A stretch of 63,879 nt of DNA, the filler included, from Reticulomyxa filosa (lineage: Eukaryota > Protista > Foraminifera), in NCBI GenBank assembly GCA_000512085.1. It is 14 parts of 14 records of this genome, joined end to end, with 100 filler letters (N's around TTAATTAATTAA, not from the genome) between each part and the next. Parts side by side here need not be neighbours in the genome. Positions count along the whole stretch, not along the records: positions 1 to 5,158 come from ASPP01023991.1; positions 5,259 to 6,289 come from ASPP01022675.1; positions 6,390 to 9,255 come from ASPP01024229.1; positions 9,356 to 12,915 come from ASPP01010801.1; 10 more parts are not named here. One strand, given 5' to 3'. The translations under genes were made by a program, and so were the position numbers. Shown here one piece after another: positions 1-12,210 of this stretch. The notes beneath the pieces were generated by a model. It worked only from the letters and a program-made list of their open reading frames with translations. It was not told where the DNA came from and searched no databases. Numbering within the stretch: the stretch's first letter is position 1; every line of letters starts with the position of its first letter.

Positions 1-6
1 AATAAA

Positions 7-45
<39 letters not shown>

Positions 46-84
46 AACATGAGCAATTGGATAATGTTTTGTATAGGTGATTTT

Positions 85-452
85 TTAAGTAGGCAATAAC
101 AGTGAACAGTAAGATGACACAATAGAACAATCACACTCCTGCTTGCTCAACACAAATGAACATTGACAAAAGTTAGAGAAAGGGAAGGCAGTCTCAAAAA
201 AAAATAATTTATATATATATGTACATATACATATATAGACAAATGTAATGACCAAACTGCGATCGATAACCTCTTTGCCTGCTTTGATGGTACTATTGGC
301 TCTTCGGATCGAAGTGATGTCAGCCAAGAATAATAACTTAGTGTCCAATATGCGTTGGCAATTAATTCTTTTGAAAAGACTCTCTTGCACCAACGAGTAC
401 AAAATACCAATACCGTACCTTGCATTCCCAAATTTGTAGAGTGAGTTATATG

Positions 453-483
<31 letters not shown>

Positions 484-907
484 TATACATACATATATCA
501 TAAATAATGTTTTGAGCTTTGGTTGAAAAAAAAGTGTTTTTTTTTTTTTTTAACTCGGAGTCAATGCCGCTTGCATCCTTTTCGTTGGAAGCCATAAGAT
601 CATCCAAGACAACCAAAATGAAATCTAAGGATTGGAGCAATTCCACGTTTGCCACCAATTGATCTTTCGCTTTGAATTCGTATATCATCACAGTCACTGC
701 CGTTGGTTCTTTGGCGCTCTTTCTCTCACTCTCACTCATAAATTCTTTTGGTATCACATATTTCAGTTTATTTATCGTGCCAAATGGTTTCTCCGTTCTT
801 TCACAGTCTTCTGCCCAGTCATTCCAAAGGTGCCCCAAGAATTCTGCGTTCCTCCTGTCTTTTGTTAATAGTCCAAATTTCAAAAGATACTTTTTCTTTG
901 TTGCCAT
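85..907 (-). CDS. Uncharacterised protein, about 3 exons (introns ~419-554 and ~193-252)
   Basis: ATG at 907. In-phase GT-AG introns join ...GIDSE|YGIGILYSL... and ...IDRSL|TAFPFSN...; stop at 85-87. No family recognised. Confidence 0.5.
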
Positions 908-1478
908 CTTTTTATTTTATTTTTTATTTTATTTTTTGTGGAGAAAAACAACCCCCAAACCTTTTTAACACTCAAAGAGGGGAGAAAAAATTGTGCAAGG
1001 AAGACTTAACTTAATTTCCAAGAAAATTCATTTGATCTATTTCAAAAGGGGGTAGTAAAGGTAGCCAACTGTTTTTGTCCTTGCTATTTCTTGATTTGAA
1101 TGATTACATAGTATATAATGTTTTACTGAAAACATCAGTGGATCTGAATATCCAATAACAAGAGCGATCAACAGACAAATTCTGCCAGTGACAACAAAAA
1201 GAGCAACTCTTTTAAAAAAGAAAACAGGAAAAGAGTCAGTTTTTTTTCACGAAATTTGTGTACTCAACAAAAAAAGTAAAATAATTCGTTTTTTAAGTCA
1301 CATTCCTTTTTTTTTATTATTTTTTGTTTTATTAGTCGCAAAACGCGTTCTCGTTTTATTTTTTCTTCCTCTCCCCAAAAACAATAACCAAACAACCAAA
1401 AAAAGATAAATTAAATCCAAGTGTTTTCTCCAAAAAGAAAATAATCACAATGCATTAAAAAATATTTTTGTTTTGCCA

Positions 1479-4400
1479 TTACAACACAACAAATCCTAAT
1501 TTGCCCTTCTCCTCATTGGTGAGAATTTCGTTTATCTTGTTTTTGACATTGGTGGACAGCGAACTCATCTACAAAAAAAAAAAAAAAAAAGGCAAACAAA
1601 TAAATTGATGTATTGACAAGATAAGAAAAGGAATAAATAAATAAATGAAAAAGTGAGAGACCTTGCGACAAATTTGTCGAATGGCACTATTCAAGCGATC
1701 ATTGGATCTATCAGTATCAATGATTTCAGCAAATGCTTTGGTGATGAAAGGAATGTTTTCAAACTCTTTCCCGACAACAGCAGGTTCATTGCTATCCACA
1801 AATTGCAGCAACAAAGCATGGCAATAAATGGACTCTGTCACATCCAATTGAAGCGGCAGATGCGATGCCCATATGGACATGATTTGATCCGAGTTTACGG
1901 TAGGGACTTGTCGGATTCCAGTGTGCTTGATTATTTTGGCTACCATCGCTAAGGCATTGTCGACAACGACTGTTGCATCTTCAGCCAATTCTTTTTTTTT
2001 GTATTTTTCCGACGCGCTGCGAATGCATTGCATACACGGCTCGAGTACCGCAGATGTGTATTTGGTGAATTTATCCTCGCTATTTTATTATTATTATTAT
2101 TTTTTTGAGTTCGCTTTTTGTTGTTCCTAAAAGGAGGAGAAACAAGAGAGAGGGTGGGGGAGGGAGGGGAAGAAGGAAATAAAGAAATACCATCGATGTG
2201 CCATGACACCAAAGAGATAGAAACAAGCTTGTCGTACAGATAAATCTTGGTCACTCTTTAAGACAGTAAGTACTTTGGGAACAACGCCATCCAAAAATTT
2301 GCACGTTTTTGCAGGTGATAATTGTTCATAGATATCACAAAACACAAAGATAGCCGCTCTATGCACAAACGCGCCTTCTGCTCCTTGATACTCCAGTAAT
2401 TGATATACTCCTGTTGTTTTCATTTGTATTTTTTGGTTTGAATCATTACAATATATACATATATACATATATACATATATGTATATTTGTATCAAAGCAT
2501 TGGATATGAGAATATTTAACCTTGGATATTTTTTTCAACAACAGGTAACATGTCATCTTTAGCAATTTTAAGAAATTCTCCCATGATAACAGTCAATTGA
2601 AACAAGAGATCATCTTCTAGATTTTGCTCTTCTTTCAATTCTTCCTCGTCAATTTCGTCGTGTTTTTCGGGTTGTTTGGTACGACGCTCGGTCATGACAC
2701 CAATTTTCCGTTGGCATCGCTGAATGCACTCGATGATACCGGACATAATTTCATCCAAGATACTGACGCTCAAGAGGGCCTGCAAGTCTTCACGCAAATC
2801 CGGGATGTACATGACGTCTTTCAGACGCGGTTCGTGTTCGTCATTGTTCTTTTCGTCGTGATGGAGAGATAGATTGGATTCATAATGCGTGCTCGAGTTG
2901 TTGGCCGACTGTAAAATATGAACTAAGCTTTGGCACGTATCGCTCATGACTCCACTGTCTCGGTCGTCTTGAAGCAAGCCAATTAACGTCTTCATGATTT
3001 TCTTTAACAATTGTTGAATATTGTCTCGGTCCACTTTATATTTGGATCGATTATTGTCATTGTTGGTGTTGTTATTATCTCCATTGGCAACACACCCAGC
3101 AGGTGGCGAATGATAGGCGTCATAAGCGCATTGCAAGAATGTGGGCAAAGACACAATGCTGTGCTGTCTGACACGCATGGAATAAGGAAAGCGACACAAC
3201 TCGATAATGACGTCTTCAAATTTATGCAAAATTGGGAAAAACTCTTGTTTCAATCCTTCCGCCAAAGCTTCAATCACTTCAATGGCGGTCACTTTGTTAT
3301 CTACTTTGGAGAGATTGACCACAATACGGCGCTTGTCATCGTAACAATAGTCAATTTTTTGTGACCCATATCTCTCTTCGTCCGCGACCTCGGTTACTCC
3401 TCGCTTCACCAGCTCATTTTCTTTGGTGTTTTCAATCGGAACAGCTTCCACGTCCATTTGGGCCGCATTCAACAATATGGGTCCCACCTGTTCCAAATAG
3501 GGCAAAAATCGAGTTCCGATCGCCGATACAATGAGTGGCCATGTTTGCATTGCCACTTTAAACAGATACTCATCTCCGGTCAGATTTGGCATTTTGTAAT
3601 AGTTGATTGTGAATGGAACCAACTTCGTTGCAACGTCTTCAAATTGCTTTGCGCCCACGGCCGCTCCAATGTAACTCATGCATTCCAACGCACGGCCTCG
3701 TAATTCCGTGTGTTCCTCGCTCGTGGCATTTTTGATTATATCCAACAACACAGGTGCAAATTTGTCGTAGTGTTCGCAAAACTCATCCTCGCAAATCCCT
3801 GCCAACGCAGCTATGGCCGTCAGTGCTTGGATTTGCACATCCTTGTTTTTCGTTCCCAGTAACTGCAGCAAATTACGCAACAATTGCGCCGCCATTGGCT
3901 TTATTGCTTTCTGTGCATCCACTAAGGCAAAGTTGATCACACATGCTGCTGCATGTGCCAAATTTCTTTATATATATATATATATATATATAAGTACATT
4001 CATCACACATAATTATATAAGTATATAATTATATCTTTTACACATATACACATATATATATATATATGTATGTGTATATATGTGTATGAATATATGTATA
4101 AAATAAAATTGCATTGTTTTATTTGTTCTTTTGTGAATAAACTTCCAATGTTCTTTTTATTTCCCATGACGGCAATCAATTTTTTCAGGGCTTTGGGACA
4201 AATTTGTGAATCGATAAGATCAGGGTGATCATTTGCGATTTGCCCTATTGCGTTGATGGCCGCATAGCGAACGCGGAAGTGAGCGTCTTCTAAATACATG
4301 ACTACTTTTTCTGCCAAGCGAAAAGCTATTTGGTCATCGGTGAGAAACTCGCTAATTTGTGTAACGGCAAATAAAGCGGCGTGGCGATAGCAAAAGTTTT

Positions 4401-5113
4401 GGTTTCTCCAGAAGCGATCGTCCAATTTACGGAGGACGTAAGGCACGACCACTTTGCCATCCAAATCGCGGCAGAGATGGTCTAAACAATACTCGCCTAC
4501 CGAGGGCAAGTCGTTCAATTGATTTTCCTCTGTATAAGGGGCATCATTCCAATCTTCGTCACTCTCAAGCCTCGTCATAAATGATCCAATTGCCACATCT
4601 ACTACGGCCTGTATCCACCAATTGAAATATACAAATATATATATATATATATACACATATATATATAAATATATATGTGTATATATATATATATATATAT
4701 TTGTTAAAAAAAAACTCAACTTGGATCAACTCTTTTGATTTTCGACACATGGTGGGAGCGCCATGGGCCAAATGAAGCAGTATTTGCAAGCTCAGACTAC
4801 GCAAGTCGTCTGGAAAGCGTGTTTGACCGCTGATGGACTTCATTGCTTGCACGTATTCGTGCAACTGTTTTTCAAACAACGAAGGCTCACATTGAGCGAT
4901 ATCTCCGATGATTTCTACCAATGCGATGCTCAACTCATAGCTTTGTTGATTGTCATCACCTTTATTGCCCTTTTCATTCTGGCTTTGCTCTTGCTTCACT
5001 ACCTCTCGCAATAGTCCCAACATGCTCGGAATCATTGGTAAAAACACTTGACATTTTTCAGACTCAAATGATCGCATTGTCAACCCTATTGCTTCAATTG
5101 CCGCTATTTTCAC
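1479..5113 (-). CDS. IPO5: Importin-5 / karyopherin beta-3 (Kap121/Pse1 family), 5'-truncated at contig end, multi-exon
   Basis: HEAT-repeat motifs typical of importin-5: YRHAALFAVTQISE, LEDAHFRVRYAAINAIGQ, AHAAACVINF, LRGRALECMSYIGAAVG, DNALAMVAKII, WASHLPLQLDVTES. GT-AG introns resolved near 1579-1661, 2080-2190, 2411-2520 and 4609-4720. Stop TAA at 1479-1481. Confidence 0.92.
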
Positions 5114-5118
5114 CTTTG

Positions 5119-5158
<40 letters not shown>

Positions 5159-5258
5159 NNNNNNNNNNNNNNNNNNNNNNNNNNNNNNNNNNNNNNNNNN
5201 NNTTAATTAATTAANNNNNNNNNNNNNNNNNNNNNNNNNNNNNNNNNNNNNNNNNNNN
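5159..5258. other. Artificial contig linker (N44-TTAATTAATTAA-N44). Identical linkers at 6290-6389, 9256-9355, 12916-13015, 14392-14491, 15496-15595, 32834-32933, 43636-43735, 46647-46746, 47778-47877, 49019-49118, 57611-57710 and 59799-59898
   Basis: Exactly 100 bp each time, with a palindromic 12-mer that puts stops in all six frames. Confidence 0.99.
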
Positions 5259-5361
5259 GATAATAGTCCAAAGGCCAAAAAGCAAAAAACCCAGGTTCTT
5301 TCCTAAAAACACTAATCGTTCGGGAACAACACGATAAGAAAACATTACAAAAAAACTTTAG

Positions 5362-5979
5362 AATTCGGCTCCTGTGCTTTATGTTCAAAAGTTTAGTTTC
5401 CTTTAATGCTTGCTGGTTGGTTTGTGCATTATTAAAAAAAATAAATTATAAGGCTGAGTGAAGACGCACAAACGCCAACCAAAGGCAGCAAAATGGCAGC
5501 TGGCTATGATTTGTTCAGTGCCAAAGAGGAAACAGTCGCCGCACATGGCAAAGCACTCATCAAGACAGACATAGCTATTCAATTACCAAAGGGGTGCTAT
5601 GGTCGTATCGGTACGCTTCATAAAGAAAATGTGAATTTTTTTTTCTTGCTGAGTCAGCCATCATTCATCACCAAAAAAAAAAAAAAAAAAAATTGCTCCC
5701 CGAAGCGGACTGGCATGGAAAAATCATATTGCTACTGGCGGTGGAGTTATTGATGGCGATTACCGTGGAAATGTTGGGGTAATATTGTTCAATCATAGCG
5801 ATGAGCCATTTAAAGTTGACAAAGGAATGCGTATCGCACAGTTGATTTTGGAAAGGTATGTCCACGACAGCGTCGTGGAAGTTGTTGACAGTTTGGATGA
5901 GTCAGCCCGTGGAGAAAATGGATTTGGAAGCACAGGTACCGACGCTACTATTACTTTCCATAATAACAAACGTGAATAA
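5362..5979 (+). CDS. DUT: Trimeric dUTPase, join(5362..5390,5453..5610,5696..5979); 5' end probably incomplete
   Basis: All five dUTPase motifs: [41 protein letters not shown]. Intron 5391-5452 is GT-AG. Intron 5611-5695 reads GT...TG in this assembly. Confidence 0.95.
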
Positions 5980-6389
5980 AAATCACTTGTTTTTCAATTT
6001 TAATGTTTATAACATTTTAATTTAACAATGAAAGGTATAAAATTTTACTACAACTTTCACTACAGAACATGTCACAACTTTTTTTGCAAAAAAAGTTGAT
6101 TTTTATTGTGTAAAACCTTGTCGAAACTGCCACCGCATTGTCGAATTGACAATCGTACTTCATACAAATTGACGGGAAAAATATATCGTGAAGATTAATT
6201 CAGCAACACTTCTATTCTTATTCCGTATAGCAGTCAATTTGCTTGTTAAAGTTTGAAATACATCTTTGGTTAATTTTCTTAAGATATTTNNNNNNNNNNN
6301 NNNNNNNNNNNNNNNNNNNNNNNNNNNNNNNNNTTAATTAATTAANNNNNNNNNNNNNNNNNNNNNNNNNNNNNNNNNNNNNNNNNNNN

Positions 6390-6498
6390 GAACGCCTAAA
6401 ACGATATCCTATGATGATAATTGATTTCCTCCATGAAAAATCAATTATCATCATAGGATATCGTTTTAGGCGTTCAGTTTTCTTTGCAACCTACTGTA
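6390..6498. mobile_element. MITE-like element with long terminal inverted repeats (Tc1/mariner-like ...ACTG|TA end); internally deleted hairpin copy
   Basis: 6390-6427 is the exact reverse complement of 6438-6475. The right end ...TTTGCAACCTACTG-TA is shared with copies at 32934-32973 and 57836-57909. Confidence 0.75.
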
Positions 6499-7508
6499 GT
6501 TCTAATATTAAAATTGTGAAAAGCAAAATATATTTTTCCAGAAATCATATTTACAATATGCTTCAGATAAATTTAATTTACAAAAACATAATTTTGAATA
6601 AAAGTTTAAGAAACAACAAGTTCGATCTAATGGCAATTGATTGTTCCTGATATAATTACATTTAATGCAATGATCAAGTATAATGTACAAAAAGAGGAAA
6701 ATTCAGATAGAAATTACATTGCCTTCATGTAATGATTGATGTTTCTAATTTAATTACTTGTATGGATTTTTCTTTTTCATTTGATAAATTTGATCATTCT
6801 TTGATTTAATTTTGGGTTGATTGTCCTAATTGATGTAATTTATTATTTGTTTGTTGTAAATTATTCATTTGAAATTTCTCCATTTTGTTTTGTGCAGAAA
6901 ACACGTTACAAAAATTCTTTCCTTTTTTTAATGTAACGTCTATATTAAATTTATTCAAACAATTTGGCAAGAAAGTTACAATCATGGATCAGTCGATTTT
7001 ATCTTAAAATGCAGACAAAAGTACTACTACAACGAATTGAACATATATTGAATATACATTCACAAAAAAAACATTTTCGATACTCTTTGACGTGACAGTC
7101 AACTACGAAAAAAGGAGAAACTTTAAAGAAAAGCCAAAATTGAATTTGTAAGATAACATGAGCTGATTCTTAAATTTCTTTTTGGCTGTTATTTTCTTAA
7201 ATCTTGTGGAACTAGTGTTATTGAAAAAAAGTATTGAGCTTATTAAATCTTTGACAGAACATGAAAACAGCAATTGACGCAATTGAGAACATTTTGGCCA
7301 TAATAAAACGGGTATTAAGCATGTGACAGCAAATGAGAAATTTGAGCAAAAAAGAACACTTCTCTACTTGACAAATTCATTTTTGACAATGAGTTGAATT
7401 TCGCGAAAGACTCTCCTTAGAATTACTTTGCTATTGATTATACCTCCCATTCAATTAATAATTGAAAAATACAGTTAATATAAAAAAAGGAAATTTGCAA
7501 GACAGTTT

Positions 7509-8634
7509 TCATTTTTGGCCTTTTCGTTTCCGAACACCATCAGAAGCTGAAGATAAGACACTTTCAGTGCGTTGTTCGGTCTCTAGTGGTTGTTGACCGA
7601 CAGAGGGAGAAGTGAGTCCGTTGGCAGAGCTGTTCTTTTTCTTTGCATTCGGATCACGATATAACCACACAAGATTGACTGACGCCAGCAAACCAAATGC
7701 CAAGAGCCACATTACCACAAAGTGGATACTAGGATACACATAATACATCAAGAACAACACTACTAGCAATATTACCACTGAAACATTCACCAAGTAATAC
7801 ACCAATTCGCTGTAAGGATCCAGTGCCGACATAAAAAACATTTGAATACGTGACGGTCTTTCTGATAACTTTGTTTGCAAATCTTCACTCTATCATTCAC
7901 GATAATAAATAGCAACAACAAAAAAAACACGTCACCTTTTTTTTAAAAAAAAATGGGGTTACTTCTCAAAAAAAAAAAAAAAAAAGAGAAAATTTTTTTT
8001 TTTGAAAGCGACCTTGGCAACATTGGAAAGAAGAGAAAATCGAATGTTTGGAGAACTTCGACGGAACAGTTTGACTTTTTTGCTTGAGGTACCGTCATCA
8101 AACCATTCCAGTTTTAAACTTTCTTCGCTGCTGTTATCGTTGTTGTCGTTTTCGTCCTTGTCCTCCGTTGTGGCTGCTTCGTTTGCTGACGTGTCCGTTT
8201 TTGTCACTTCAACGACCACTGCTTCTTGCCACGCTTTCTTTTTCATCGAGTAGCACTGCAGTTTGGCCCCTACGGCCCAGTCTTGACGACAGACTGCCTG
8301 GGTACATACCAAAAAAAAATTCCGTCCCCCCCTTCTAAGGATTTTATATGTCTTTTTTAAGAACTATTGGAATTTAATTGTTTTTTGCACACGTAACATT
8401 TGGCAACACTTGAAGATAGCTTGAACCAATATCCACTTGCTTCGTTTTTTGGGCGTTCCCGTTGGTCCAAAATCGAACCTTTATGGCTTTGTTTTCTTGA
8501 ACTTCTATAACTTCTCCTGGCCTCCAGTCATTGCTTGAACCACTAAATACTAATATAGGCAAACCTACAACCAAATTGTCTGATTTTATTTCTTTGGGAT
8601 TCTGATTATTATTATTATTATTTGCTTGTGTCAT
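7509..8634 (-). CDS. 300-aa protein: two Tudor/Agenet-like beta-barrel repeats plus a C-terminal Pkr1-like two-TM domain; join(8398..8634,8013..8297,7509..7889)
   Basis: Two phase-0 GT-AG introns join three ORFs in frame. Repeats VGLPILVFSGSSNDWRPGEVIEV and VGAKLQCYSMKKKAWQEAVVVEV. The segment VILLVVLFLMYYVYPSIHFVVMWLLAFGLLASVNLVW resembles the V-ATPase assembly factor Pkr1. Confidence 0.65.
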
Positions 8635-8891
8635 TTTACTTATTATTTTTTTTTTTGTGCAAAAACGTTCCTTTTTTATACGCTCATGTCCACAAAAAAA
8701 GACATAGATAACAAATCTATGTTATCAAAAAATGTTCACTTTCATTTTTGGTAGAAAATGGATTTATGAAATAGAACAAAACAAATTGAGTAATTTTTTT
8801 AAAAAAAACGCTCCCTTTTTCGTTTTCAAACTAAAACTTTCTTATCTTTTGTAATTCGAGTATTCAACGTAATAGAAGCTTTTAAGAAAAA

Positions 8892-9207
8892 ATGCAACAA
8901 TATTCATGGACTAGTGTCAGCTTTTCCAGCGAAAGTGATGAAGAAGTGACAAATAATTACAATTCGAAAAAAATGGAGAGAAGCGGAAGCGAAGAGGAAC
9001 AAATGACAATTGTGAACGAAGAAATGGAACGACTCTGCCGCTTCACTCCAAATGATAAGTGCCACTCCGTTACCAAAGGGACAATTGGCAACAGTCGTAG
9101 TTTACAAAAGCGTAAATTGGAAGAAGACATCGAAGACACCGGAATGGTCTCCGATGAAAGCGCATGCACGATTAGTCCACCGAGTAAAAAAATCAAAATT
9201 AACCAAG
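8892..9207 (+). CDS. First exon of an uncharacterised, probably nuclear protein (3'-truncated)
   Basis: ATG at 8892, Ser/acidic composition, NLS-like KRK...PPSKKIK, GTAAGT donor at 9208; head-to-head with the 7509-8634 gene. Confidence 0.55.
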
Positions 9208-9424
9208 GTAAGTTTGTTTTTTTTTTTTTATGATGACGTATACATTTACACAAGGNNNNNNNNNNNNNNNNNNNNNNNNNNNNNNNNNNNNNNNNNNNNT
9301 TAATTAATTAANNNNNNNNNNNNNNNNNNNNNNNNNNNNNNNNNNNNNNNNNNNNAAAAAGAATAATACGATTAAAAATTAATAAAATAAATAAAATTTG
9401 TTTATTTATTTATTTTATTAAACT

Positions 9425-10323
9425 GTTCAGCAATGGGTGGTATTAATCCCTCCAATTTTGCAACCCAAAAAGCTTCGGTAATTTGAGCGGCAGTCCATTC
9501 GCTGGTTCCCCAATACAAAGCTTTTCCAGATCGTATGATATCCGTAAATGCTCGTACCACCTCTTTGGTGCTTGTCAAAGGATCAAATCGATGACAAAAT
9601 ACAACATCAACATAATCCATGTTTAATCGTTTTAAGGATTGTTTCATTCCTTCCATTATATGTTTTCTTGACAATCTTTTTTATTTTATTTTATTTATGT
9701 ATTTGCATATATCTTTTTTAATAAATAAATACAAATCTTACCCTTTTTCATTTTGTCCTTTTCCACCCCAAAAGATCTTTGTTGTAAAACAGACATCACT
9801 TCTTCGCCATAATGTGCTGTCCTCTTTTAATAAGCGTTCATATGCTTGTCCCATTATTATTTCTGCATCTCTTTATTTTTATTTTTTTTTAACTAGTTGT
9901 TGATGTTGTACAATTTTAAAGCAGTTGACAAAAAATTTGACTTGTGAGAGAACAAAAAAAATACCCATTCTCTTTTCCATAAGCCTATTTATTTATTATT
10001 TATTTATTTATAACGTTTTTTTATTTAAAAATAAAAATAAAAAGTATGCAAATCACTTCACTTCTGCATTGTCAAAGAAATTTATTCCTCCTTTACGGCA
10101 AACACGCATCACCTCCACACATTTGTCCACTCCTTTTTTTTTTTTTTTTTTTGTAATTTTTTTTAACATTTTAATTATTTTGATTATATCATCCCTTTTT
10201 TTCTTTTCTACCTTCTTTCACTCCATACGTTGCCCAGAATCCAAATGACAACGCTGACACCTTCAAACCCGTTCCTCCGAGCAAACGATACTCCATCTTC
10301 ACTTCTGCCTTCTCTTCACTCAT
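9425..10323 (-). CDS. Aldo-keto reductase of the voltage-gated K+ channel beta-subunit (AKR6/Kv-beta) type, 3'-truncated, at least 5 exons
   Basis: MEYRLLGGTGLKVSALSFG, GINFFDNAEAY, TTKIFWGG, GLSRKHIMEG..SLKRLNMDYVDVVFCHRFD, YWGTSEWTAAQI, PIAEQ. GT-AG introns; includes a 20-nt exon at 9965-9984. Confidence 0.93.
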
Positions 10324-12210
10324 TTTTTTTCTTTTAACTAAAAAGAATTGCTTACTTTGTAATAACAGAAACTTAAGAAAAAAAGCTACTTAAAGTTTCT
10401 AAAAAAAAAAATTTTTTTAGTTTGCCCCTCAAGGAAAGGAAACAGTTTGTCGTCGCTTTTCCACTATGTAGCAGACTTTATTAATTTGTACATCCTCCAT
10501 TTCGTTTTCTTTGTGCTGAAGGTAAAAAATAAATTAATCGGTCATCTTGATTATAAAAACAAAAAGAGAATGTAATGTGGACATGTAATAAAGAAATAGT
10601 TATAACCTCAGATTCATTCTAGCAAGACTAGCAGTCTAGTGGTTTTATGAATGTAATAATTCAACGTATGTAAGATTCCTATATAAACCAGATTGTATTT
10701 CAGTACTTTTGCTTGCACTTTTGAAACTTGATTATTTTAATTTCATAAAACTGGTGCGTACTTTTTATCTAGTAAAACTATATCATTTGACACAAATTAC
10801 TTGTAATTTGTACGTACCAGCATATCATTTGTTGTCTATTGAGCTCAATGTAAATTTATTAGCTAAAATTACCACTAATATATTAAGAAGTATAACTAAT
10901 GAAGATAATCTAAAGTTAATTTGATTTTTATATTATTGAATAGTATAAAGTTACCAATAAAATATTACACATTAATAGTGCTGTTATATGTGGTATTATC
11001 ATGAAAGATGATAATATCCGATATGAAACCTGCATGCCCAACCTTGAAAATTCAAATTTCTCTGAATGGAATAATATACAATCGATTTAGATTTTTTATG
11101 TTAATATTAAGAACTGTTTATTCGGTTGTCACATAGATGTAATATTTTCATTAATGATATAATATTTACTTTGTTCATATTTTTTGCATGAGATAATCAA
11201 ATTGTATAAATTAGTCTAATCGCAAATTTTAAAGGTATTCAATAGTACAAAATAACATTATCAAACATATTCATTGTATATTCATAAAATTTTTTAAATT
11301 GACATGACCAGCAAAAGCATAAAAACGCCAAATTTAGTAAAATGCTCATATGTATAAAATGTGTAATGCTAATTTATCGTGTTTCGATTTTTAATAGTTG
11401 AAAGTTAACAATTTGACTATTTTTATTATCGTATGAAAATAGATATTATTTGTAAAATCAGAAGAATTCAAACAAGAAATTAACTTTTTTTACTCAAAAC
11501 TATGTTAACTTTTTGACTAAAAACAGTTACAAGTGAACTTAACCTTACCACAAAATTGTTTAACCTGAATGACCTGACTGAATTCGTCCAATGCCAATGC
11601 AATGAACAATCAATCAAGGTAGTCGTCGGTTGCTATAATCACATACAACTACTAGTTGTTGTTTTACCGTTTTTAGTTATTAATATCTTTTTACTGTTTG
11701 CTTGTGCTTGCCTGTTCATGTAAATGAATCTAATAACAAATAAAATGACCTTGTTTAGAAATAGATTCAAATTTTCAAATATGTTCAAAATTTGTTCTTA
11801 TTATGTTTAGCTTTGTTTCATTCAATATTTTCTCTTATCAAATAGGAGATGTATTAACATTTCATGAATAACATTATTGCAACTTACCTTGTTTCCATTG
11901 TATTAATGTTGTGTATTTATAATCTTGAAGCATTATTCTTTTTGGTGATGCTCAAATTTATTATCATTTGATTTATCTATAATAACTAAATATTTAAATA
12001 ATTTCTTTGGTGTTTTGTTCATTTTTCCAACAACATGTCGTAATAAAAAAATCAGTGATAGTATCAAAATGTAGCATAAAGTATGCCATTGCGTATATTG
12101 CCATATGTTAAAAAAAGCTGACTAGTCCAAAAGGAAATAGAAAAAAAGTCTGTTTCCGTGTGTTAGTGTTTTGAAACACGCAACTGTAAACAAAAAAAAA
12201 GGCCGAAGAA

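Noticed and set aside
85-501. ORFs rich in YIYIYV/MYMY or FFFF/KKKK runs (also at 4003-4719, 13212-13427, 53125-53452 and others)
   Set aside because: These are translations of intronic or UTR microsatellites and homopolymers, not proteins.
446-907. Small-GTPase-like look of LQSLDFILVVLDD
   Set aside because: No P-loop, DxxG or NKxD motif; too weak to call.
6660-6885. Minus-strand ATG-initiated Q/N-rich frame with several stops
   Set aside because: Possibly a pseudogene relic, but no recognisable homology and too degraded to support a call.
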